Source: Sulfolobus acidocaldarius DSM 639 (GTDB lineage Archaea; Thermoproteota; Thermoprotei_A; Sulfolobales; Sulfolobaceae). Taken from it: a stretch of 32,000 nt of DNA. The position numbers and the translations under genes were made by a program. The notes beneath the pieces were generated by a model, which did no database searches, had not been told where the DNA came from, and was given only the letters and a program-made list of their open reading frames with translations. Numbering within the stretch: position 1 is the first letter of the stretch; every line of letters begins with the position of its first letter. The stretch covers positions 1,500,001 through 1,532,000 of the forward strand of contig NC_007181.1 in assembly GCF_000012285.1 (NCBI RefSeq). Direction: 5' to 3'. Below, in pieces: positions 25,832-32,000 of this stretch.

Positions 25832-26769
25832 TAGAGACTCAAGGACTTAAGGTTTACTTCAAATCCAGGGATGTTATAGTTAAGGCTGTAGACGGTGTAG
25901 ACATTAAGGTAAAGGAGAGGGAGATAGTAGGACTGGTTGGTGAGTCAGGTAGCGGGAAGACGACTCTGGGAAGGACAATTCTTAACTTACAAAGGCCTAC
26001 AGCAGGCAAGGTATTATGGAACGGAAAAGATGTGTTTAAGTTAAAGGGAAAAGAGGAGAAGGCCTTTAGGAAGGAGAACCAGATTATATTCCAGAACCCA
26101 TATGAAGCGGTAGATATAAGGCTAAAAGTATACGATATAGTTGCTGAGGGAATAAGGGTTCATGGCATCACTAAGAGTAAGGATGAGGAAAGAGAAATGA
26201 TATTAAAAGCTTTGAAGGACGTTGGGCTTACACCAGAAGAGGAGTACGCCAACTCTCTACCAAACCAGTTATCTGGAGGGCAGTTGCAAAGGGTAGCCAT
26301 AGCCAGAGCCTTAGTGTTAGATCCTAGTTTCATAGTTGCAGACGAACCAGTTTCAATGCTAGACATGTCAATTAGGGCTGGCGTGTTAGACATATTCTTG
26401 AAGTTAAAGGAAGAGAGGGGAAAGAGTGTATTAATGATAACTCACGATATTTCAACTATAGGTTATGTTGCAGACAGGATTTATGTGATGTACCAAGGTA
26501 AAATAATAGAGAGCGGTCCAGCAGATGAGGTTCTAGGGAATCCATTACACCCTTACACTAAGGCACTTATTTCGGCAGTCCCTATTCCTGATCCCTCTGG
26601 TAGAACGACCCTATTTTCCTTAACGGTTAAAGAAGAGACAGAGCCATATAATGGCAAGGGCTGTAGGTATTATCCAAGGTGTCCCTTTGCCATGGATGTC
26701 TGTAGACAGAAGGAACCGGGATTGACCGGCGGGACGAATGACCACTATGTCGCGTGCTTCTTATACTGA
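25828..26769 (+). CDS. ABC transporter ATP-binding protein, DppF/OppF-like
   Basis: Walker A GESGSGKTT, signature LSGGQLQRV, Walker B IVADEPVSMLD, and C-terminal CRYYPRCPFAMDVC...AC. I place the start at ATG 25828 (MIETQGLKVYF), which forms an ATGA overlap with the dppD-like stop. The ORF track starts at 25807. Confidence 0.9.
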   Translation: MIETQGLKVYFKSRDVIVKAVDGVDIKVKEREIVGLVGESGSGKTTLGRTILNLQRPTAGKVLWNGKDVFKLKGKEEKAFRKENQIIFQNPYEAVDIRLKVYDIVAEGIRVHGITKSKDEEREMILKALKDVGLTPEEEYANSLPNQLSGGQLQRVAIARALVLDPSFIVADEPVSMLDMSIRAGVLDIFLKLKEERGKSVLMITHDISTIGYVADRIYVMYQGKIIESGPADEVLGNPLHPYTKALISAVPIPDPSGRTTLFSLTVKEETEPYNGKGCRYYPRCPFAMDVCRQKEPGLTGGTNDHYVACFLY

Positions 26770-27250
26770 GGAAAGACCACTAACTACGCTTAAGGAGGTA
26801 GTTTTTTCATCAACGTTTGTAATTCTAGGTTTTTTAGTAGCATTTTTCTCTTACCTTCCCCTTTTTACCGTGATAGTTCCTCTTTCAGCATTTCTCCTCT
26901 TTTTTAAGGATTGGAAGATGCTAAAGAAGATTAAGGAACTGATAAGCAAGGGAGTTATAACTTACGAACCCAAGTATAGGACAAGTAAAAGAGAAGCAAA
27001 CAGGAGTCTAGCTGTTATAATCTTGATTATACTCGGTCCCATGATATTGTCGGTCTTCCTCCCCCCACTTCCATGGATAAGTGTAACTATGGCATTCGTT
27101 ATGGCATGGCCTCTCTCAAATGTATTAGAATTCATCCTTCAGCAATTGGTGGAGAGGGAGACTGGTGGCAAACTTAGGAAGTTCTATAAGTGGGTAAACT
27201 ACGGTGATGAGGTGTTGATGAAAGAGTATGGCTGGAAAATAGAGAAGTGA
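26738..27250 (+). CDS. Small 4-TM membrane protein, co-transcribed with the ABC operon, function unknown
   Basis: 170 aa. The in-frame ATGs at 26738 and 26747 both overlap the end of the dppF-like gene (stop at 26767-26769). It has two hydrophobic hairpins and a basic cytoplasmic loop. Confidence 0.5.
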   Translation: MTTMSRASYTEERPLTTLKEVVFSSTFVILGFLVAFFSYLPLFTVIVPLSAFLLFFKDWKMLKKIKELISKGVITYEPKYRTSKREANRSLAVIILIILGPMILSVFLPPLPWISVTMAFVMAWPLSNVLEFILQQLVERETGGKLRKFYKWVNYGDEVLMKEYGWKIEK

Positions 27251-27464
27251 AAGCATAATAAGGCATCGTCAGCGATATATCTCCATACCTTTTAAATGTC
27301 TTTCATGAGAGGCTATACAGCCCTTTATTAAGAAGGGAAATCATTAGCAAGTATATGAGACAAATAAGTTTAAGTCATTTATTACTTTTTTTCATTTGTC
27401 ACGTTATTTGAGGGGTTTAACAAAGTTTGATAGGTAAAAAGGCTTGTAGTGTGGGATTAATAAG

Positions 27465-27472
27465 TTTTATAA
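27465..27472 (+). promoter_or_regulatory. TATA-like box (TTTTATAA) for the FAH-family gene
   Basis: Centred about 28 nt upstream of ATG 27497. Confidence 0.45.
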
Positions 27473-27496
27473 CAAACTATATGAGAATATCATATT

Positions 27497-28420
27497 ATGA
27501 AGTTACTTCAGTTCTCACCAAACTTAGGTGAGCAGAAAAGGATTGGAGTGTACCATGAAGGAAAAGTCGTAGACTTGGTGAAGGCTTATGAGATGGTTTA
27601 CGATGCTACACCTCCAAACTGGTTTTTCAACATGAGAGATCTAATAGAAGGAGGAGAGGGTTCATTATACCTCGTAAGAAGGGTCTTAGACGATTTTAAC
27701 AAGTTGGACAGTGTTATAAAAAGAAGTGCTGAGTTAGACCCTGAAAACATCATATATTATCCTCCAGTAACTGACCCTGAGAAAATATTTTTGTTAGCGG
27801 TGAATTACAGGGCTCATGGTCAGGAGACGAATAATAACCCTCCAAAGGAACCATATATCTTCACAAAATTCAACAACACTTTAATTGGGCACAATCAACC
27901 TGTACTATTTCCTAGGGCATCAAATAAGGTAGACTATGAGATAGAGTTAGCTGTGATAATGGGTAAAAGGGCTAAGTATGTGAACTCATCAAAAGCATTA
28001 GATTACGTCTTTGGCTACACTATATTTAACGATATCAGTTTTAGAGATAAGCAGTTCCCCCCTGAAATACCCTACGGTATGAGATGGGTACATGGCAAAG
28101 GTTTAGACACTGCTGCACCTATGGGACCATGGATAGTAACTAAGGACGAAATAGACAACATTAACAACCTGAGACTTAAATTAAGGGTCAATGGCGAAAT
28201 AAGACAAGACGCTTACGCTGAGGACATGATATTTAAGGTAGAGCAGATAATAGAGTACTTATCTAATGGAATAACCCTTAAGCCAGGAGATGTGATATCT
28301 ACAGGTACTCCATCTGGAGTAGCACTAGCAACAGGGAAATATTTGAAGCCAGGAGACGTCATGGAAGCTGAAATAAGTAAAATCGGAGTACTCAGGAATA
28401 ACCTTATAGAAGAAAAATAG
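27497..28420 (+). CDS. Fumarylacetoacetate hydrolase (FAH) family protein (2-keto-4-pentenoate hydratase / oxaloacetate decarboxylase / KdaD-like)
   Basis: 307 aa. [45 protein letters not shown] and [15 protein letters not shown] are the standard FAH-fold motifs, including the metal-binding E-x-E and D. Confidence 0.85.
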   Translation: MKLLQFSPNLGEQKRIGVYHEGKVVDLVKAYEMVYDATPPNWFFNMRDLIEGGEGSLYLVRRVLDDFNKLDSVIKRSAELDPENIIYYPPVTDPEKIFLLAVNYRAHGQETNNNPPKEPYIFTKFNNTLIGHNQPVLFPRASNKVDYEIELAVIMGKRAKYVNSSKALDYVFGYTIFNDISFRDKQFPPEIPYGMRWVHGKGLDTAAPMGPWIVTKDEIDNINNLRLKLRVNGEIRQDAYAEDMIFKVEQIIEYLSNGITLKPGDVISTGTPSGVALATGKYLKPGDVMEAEISKIGVLRNNLIEEK

Positions 28421-28602
28421 GAAGAAAGTCTATTTTTAACTCTCCTCATTTACATAACACTGAATTCACCGAGCTAGGGACAACTAAATATCACGAGAGA
28501 AAAAACTAGAAACGTAAAGGCGGTTGAACAAGTATAACGAAAATTAAATCCATGCTCCTTTCAACGGTACATATTCAGTTTATTTCAAAAGCACTCACAA
28601 AT

Positions 28603-28610
28603 CTTTATAA
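28603..28610 (+). promoter_or_regulatory. TATA box (CTTTATAA) for the methyltransferase gene
   Basis: Centred 26 nt upstream of ATG 28633, and it lies inside the longer ORF given by the track (28552). Confidence 0.45.
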
Positions 28611-28632
28611 CGGTACTTACAAATGTAATCGT

Positions 28633-29169
28633 ATGAAGAACGTAGAAGACAGAAAAATAAGTCCATTTATACTTTCTTTACCATTAAGGAGGTTAATTGA
28701 AAGTGAAGACGATTTCATAGATTACGTTAAACCAGGTATGGTAGTTCTGGACCATGGTTGTGGTCCAGGTTACTATACATTTTCCTTGGCTAGAAAGGTT
28801 GGTAATAAAGGGTTAGTTTATGCTTTAGATTCTGATGAAAGGCAAATAAGGATTCTATCCAGCAAACTGGAGAGAGAAGGGATAACAAATGTGAAAACCT
28901 TCGTGTCAAGAGACCTTTCTCCAATACCATCAAACTCCATTGATTTTGTCCTTTCCAAGGACGTATTATGCTGTACTGTTTTGCATAAAGAGTTGGCTGA
29001 TGAAATAAAGAGAGTTTTAAAGCCTGGCGGTTTAGCGTTTGTTTCAATTCGGAAGGGATTCGGTCCTGACCCCAGGAATATAAGCGCCAAAGAGTTATTC
29101 TCGTTATTTCCTGACAGTGTAAAAAGGTATCAAGGTCTATTGTCCGCATGGGTGTTATATAAGAAATAA
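28633..29169 (+). CDS. Class I SAM-dependent methyltransferase
   Basis: Motif I is VLDHGCGPGYYTFSLA, followed by an acidic post-I residue (YALDSD) and LKPGGLAFV. I prefer ATG 28633 (MKNVEDRK...) to the track start at 28552 because of the TATA box at 28603-28610. Confidence 0.8.
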   Translation: MKNVEDRKISPFILSLPLRRLIESEDDFIDYVKPGMVVLDHGCGPGYYTFSLARKVGNKGLVYALDSDERQIRILSSKLEREGITNVKTFVSRDLSPIPSNSIDFVLSKDVLCCTVLHKELADEIKRVLKPGGLAFVSIRKGFGPDPRNISAKELFSLFPDSVKRYQGLLSAWVLYKK

Positions 29170-29334
29170 TCTTTTGTATCTACAGAGTCCGAGATGTACT
29201 GAGCAAAGCACATGGTTAGTTACTTGATGATGCACTACATTCACCGGACTCTTGAATCTCCTCCTCAGTCATGTTGAAATAAAATTATCGAAGCAAGTAT
29301 AAATTAATAGACGAAGTTAATATAATTATTATTA

Positions 29335-31320
29335 ATGAAATATACTATTCTTGTGTTTGTCTTCCTACTTATAGCTTTACTCCTTATTTCAAACATATCC
29401 TATGCTGAAAGCGAAACCAGGACTCCAATTAAACATGTGATAATAATCTTCATGGAGAATCACAGCTTTGACAACTTCTTTGGAGTTTATCCAACTGGAG
29501 GAGTAAATGAAAGTTTGAGCAATGAGTTAACAAAACCCAATAATTTACTGGGATTACCTGTTCTAAGCCAGCTTAAGCCTGTCCCTAACGGCACTTATGT
29601 TACAGTGGACCCCAACGAAGGGTATATCCCGTATCACCAGGACTGGAACGGGGGAAAGATGGATGGCTTTCTTCAAGGTTCAGGTCCACAAGGTCTCACT
29701 TACTACACAGTGTCACAGTTAGCTCCACTGTGGGATTTAACAGAGGAATATGGATTGGCAGACAATTACTTCTCTCCTGTGATGTCAGAGAGTGCACCCA
29801 ATCACCTTTACCTCTACACAGCTTATTCACCAGTTATAGATGACTATGGTCCTCCTCCTTACATACCGTTTAATGAGACAATATTTGCTGAATTAAGCCA
29901 ATATGGAGTAAGCTGGGGATATTACATCTTTAACGCCTCTGATTGGGGTCAATCTGACTTAAAGTACTTCAGCGGAGTAAAGGACTACCTTAACCACGTG
30001 GGCAGTTGGTCTACCTTCATAGACCAATTAAATAACGGTACTCTCCCATCAGTATCATGGATTTTACCAAGTCCGACGACAGATATGGGTCCTCCTGCAA
30101 ATGTGCTACAAGGTGAAATGTGGTTACTCTACATCGTTAATGCAGTAATGAGGAGCCCTGAGTGGAATAGTACCGCCATATTTATAACCTTCGATGAGGC
30201 AGGAGGTTATTATGACCACGTACCTCCTCCTGTATTTCAAGGGCAACAGTTAGGTGAGAGAGTTCCTTTAATAGTTATATCACCTTACAGTAAGGAAGAT
30301 TACGTCTCAAATACACTCTTAACCCACGCTAGTTTAATAGCCTTCATAGACTATAATTGGGGTTTACCAGCTCTTAACAAGTTTGTATTAAACAGTTATC
30401 TCCCTCTCGATTTCTTCAATTTCACTCAACCTCCAAGACCTCCAATAAACATGTCAGGTTTTCCAATTCCCTCCTCACCTTATTTTACATTCAATAATAG
30501 CGTTATACAGGAGTACAGTAATTTGGGTAAACTATTTCCTCTCCCACCACAAATACCATTTAATAAACTTGGTTATCAACGTTCAGGATCTACTAACCTC
30601 ACTTTAGCCTCTATATCTTCGAAAGTTTACATAAGCAATGATGTGAGTTTCACTCCCCTATTCTTGACCCCTCAATTCTTATTATTAATTGGAAGTGTAC
30701 AGTTGTTAGCGGTGATTGTCTCACAGAAGTATTCACTGAGAGAGTCAAGTAAGGTGATTAGAATGGTGGAGCAACTAGCCATATGTATTCTCGGTTTTCT
30801 ATTAATCTCAAGCGTGGGAGGATCCATTCTAGATTTCATTGGTGTCATTGACTACGGAGGTTATGTGGGTGAATCCATACCAATTCTAGAGGGAGTAATC
30901 ATAGGTATACTCGTCCTTAGTGTTGTAGGTTACCTTCTGAGTAAATTTATCAGGAGTTCTTGGATACCCATCTTGCTTACTGTGGTACTACCTATAATAG
31001 ACTACGTGATTTTCTATCTGGAAGCTAGCCAAATCTACGTATTTGGCGACACACTGTTAGGATTTGGCGCATTTCTTTCAGCCTCTCCTTCAATACTTAT
31101 TTCCTTCTTGGTCTCAAGGGAATTCAGCAAAAGAAAGTGGGTGTTAATCCCTGTTTTAGTAATCCTTTCATCTCTAACAACAGTTGTAATAGCGAACGAA
31201 TACATAGCACTAGGACAGCCAGGAATTTCCACTCTCTTATTGCCAATAACCTTAATTGCTGTTCCCTTTACTGCTGTCTTTAGTCTGATCAAGGTAATTA
31301 AAGTGAAGGTAGCAAAGTAA
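29335..31320 (+). CDS. Secreted phosphoesterase-family enzyme (PLC / AcpA acid-phosphatase type) fused to a C-terminal 7-TM domain
   Basis: 661 aa with a signal peptide (MKYTILVFVFLLIALLLISNISYA). Phosphoesterase-family motifs: IKHVIIIFMENHSFDNFFGVYP, SESAPNHLYLYTA, ITFDEAGGYYDHVPPP, GERVPLIVISPYSK. From about aa 445 (nt 30667) to the end there are seven hydrophobic helices. Confidence 0.8.
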   Translation: MKYTILVFVFLLIALLLISNISYAESETRTPIKHVIIIFMENHSFDNFFGVYPTGGVNESLSNELTKPNNLLGLPVLSQLKPVPNGTYVTVDPNEGYIPYHQDWNGGKMDGFLQGSGPQGLTYYTVSQLAPLWDLTEEYGLADNYFSPVMSESAPNHLYLYTAYSPVIDDYGPPPYIPFNETIFAELSQYGVSWGYYIFNASDWGQSDLKYFSGVKDYLNHVGSWSTFIDQLNNGTLPSVSWILPSPTTDMGPPANVLQGEMWLLYIVNAVMRSPEWNSTAIFITFDEAGGYYDHVPPPVFQGQQLGERVPLIVISPYSKEDYVSNTLLTHASLIAFIDYNWGLPALNKFVLNSYLPLDFFNFTQPPRPPINMSGFPIPSSPYFTFNNSVIQEYSNLGKLFPLPPQIPFNKLGYQRSGSTNLTLASISSKVYISNDVSFTPLFLTPQFLLLIGSVQLLAVIVSQKYSLRESSKVIRMVEQLAICILGFLLISSVGGSILDFIGVIDYGGYVGESIPILEGVIIGILVLSVVGYLLSKFIRSSWIPILLTVVLPIIDYVIFYLEASQIYVFGDTLLGFGAFLSASPSILISFLVSREFSKRKWVLIPVLVILSSLTTVVIANEYIALGQPGISTLLLPITLIAVPFTAVFSLIKVIKVKVAK

Positions 31321-31362
31321 TTTGGCTAGAATTAAGCGAAGTTGAAGTAGAGGAAGAAGTTG

Positions 31363-31368
31363 TTTTTT
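31363..31368 (+). terminator. T6 tract downstream of the phosphoesterase gene
   Basis: TTTTTT lies 43 nt after the stop, with a second T6 tract about 20 nt further on. Confidence 0.3.
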
Positions 31369-31394
31369 CCTCACTCACTCTAATTTTTTCAATT

Positions 31395-32000
31395 TTAATT
31401 ACGTGTATATTTTTTCACAGCAACCGAATCTAAGCCAATTTTCACTAGTTTTTCATTTAATTTACTTACTAAACTACTTTCGCTCTCCTCTGTAAGCCAG
31501 TTGTTTACTCTGAGAGAGAATAACTTATCCAGTCTCAGTTTCCTCATATGTTCATAGACGTCGTTTAGTCTAGGTAGCCAGAAGTTTAGTGCTCCCTGTA
31601 TCTTATTTCTGTTCTCTCTTGAAAGTCTGATTATCTCGTTCTCGCTAAACATAGTGTGGTACTCGTCATCCTTTACTATACTTTTTGCCAACTTACTTAA
31701 TGGTTCGTATTCACAATCCATAAGTGAATTCATCAGAATTACGTTGTAGCTGTCAATTACGAAAACAAACGCCACGGCGTCCTCCCATGTAAATAAGGGC
31801 AAATTGAAGGGCTCTAACCTATGTAATCCAAGCCTCAGTTCTTGTAGCTCTTTAACCTTATCCTTTTCACCAAAGTCCTCGATCATACGAGACATCTGCC
31901 ATGCGTGATTCAGCTCATCTGCGACAAACCTAGCAGTGAATAGTCTGGAGTCCACAGTTGGGGAGTTAACTAGCCATGGAGATGTTTGCTCCACAATAGC
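31395..32000 (-). CDS. PaaA-like ferritin-fold di-iron oxygenase subunit (1,2-phenylacetyl-CoA epoxidase subunit A family); N-terminus off the window
   Basis: The reading frame is open to the window edge, so the GTG at 31994 in the track is probably internal. [26 protein letters not shown] parallels E. coli PaaA [38 protein letters not shown] parallels VKICKEESFHQRQ, and ALNFWLPRL parallels AINRFWWPAL (all from memory). Confidence 0.7.
   Translation of the reverse strand, partial: [201 protein letters not shown]

Noticed and set aside
29184-29252. 8-bp inverted repeat (AGAGTCCG ... CGGACTCT) enclosing 53 nt that contains a UGAUGA; considered as an ncRNA or C/D sRNA
   Set aside because: There is no D box (CUGA) downstream of the C-like box on the + strand and no convincing internal pairing. 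GC content is only modestly above the intergenic background, and the 18-codon minus-strand ORF inside it is not credible. It may simply be a terminator or regulatory stem between the methyltransferase and phosphoesterase genes.
1-32000. Scan for CRISPR arrays, tRNA/rRNA genes, IS elements, integrases, toxin-antitoxin pairs or known defence genes
   Set aside because: I saw no regularly spaced direct repeats, no GC-rich structured-RNA islands in the AT-rich intergenic regions, no transposase/integrase/recombinase-like translation, and no terminal inverted repeats flanking a gene block. This was an eye-based scan, so tRNAscan/Infernal and a CRISPR finder should still be run to confirm.

Overview
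AT-rich (about 35-40% GC by eye), densely coding chromosomal segment that I attribute to a Sulfolobaceae archaeon (thermoacidophilic Crenarchaeota/Thermoproteota). Supporting evidence: a SoxE-type sulfocyanin; an Hje/Hjc-type Holliday junction resolvase; an Opp/Dpp-class ABC importer whose binding protein has the Sulfolobus-style C-terminal Ser/Thr linker plus TM anchor; exported proteins rich in N-x-S/T sequons; and TATA-like boxes centred about 25-30 nt upstream of most first-gene ATGs (leaderless mRNAs), with ATGA/GTGA overlaps inside operons. I call 30 protein genes. One of them (hje, 1..310 minus) is absent from the supplied ORF track, and five have starts I would move. I found no rRNA, tRNA, CRISPR array, transposase, integrase or provirus signature, so this looks like ordinary core or shell chromosome rather than a mobile or defence island. 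Content, left to right: hje; a stand-alone molybdenum-hydroxylase large subunit convergent with a benzoylformate-decarboxylase-like ThDP enzyme; a DUF3311-like protein plus an SSS transporter; an orphan sulfocyanin; a minus-strand run (hemerythrin-like, small helical protein, coiled-coil protein, YdjI/COG4260-type SPFH protein, 4-TM protein); a TDT-family transporter; a family-5 uracil-DNA glycosylase; an M20 peptidase; a thiolase-fold protein lacking the catalytic Cys/His, coupled to a DUF35 Zn-ribbon/OB protein; an ABC importer locus with an embedded membrane-anchored beta-propeller-like gene; an FAH-family hydrolase; a SAM methyltransferase; a secreted phosphoesterase fused to a 7-TM domain; and a PaaA-like di-iron oxygenase subunit (5' end off window). 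The most interesting candidates are: (1) the coiled-coil + YdjI-like SPFH + 4-TM cluster, reminiscent of the Bacillus pspA-ydjGHI membrane-stress module; (2) the Cys-less thiolase/DUF35 pair, analogous to the Ltp2-DUF35 retro-aldolase; (3) the propeller gene inside the ABC locus; (4) the phosphoesterase-polytopic membrane fusion. All family calls rest on motifs read by eye and on remembered family patterns. No database search was possible.
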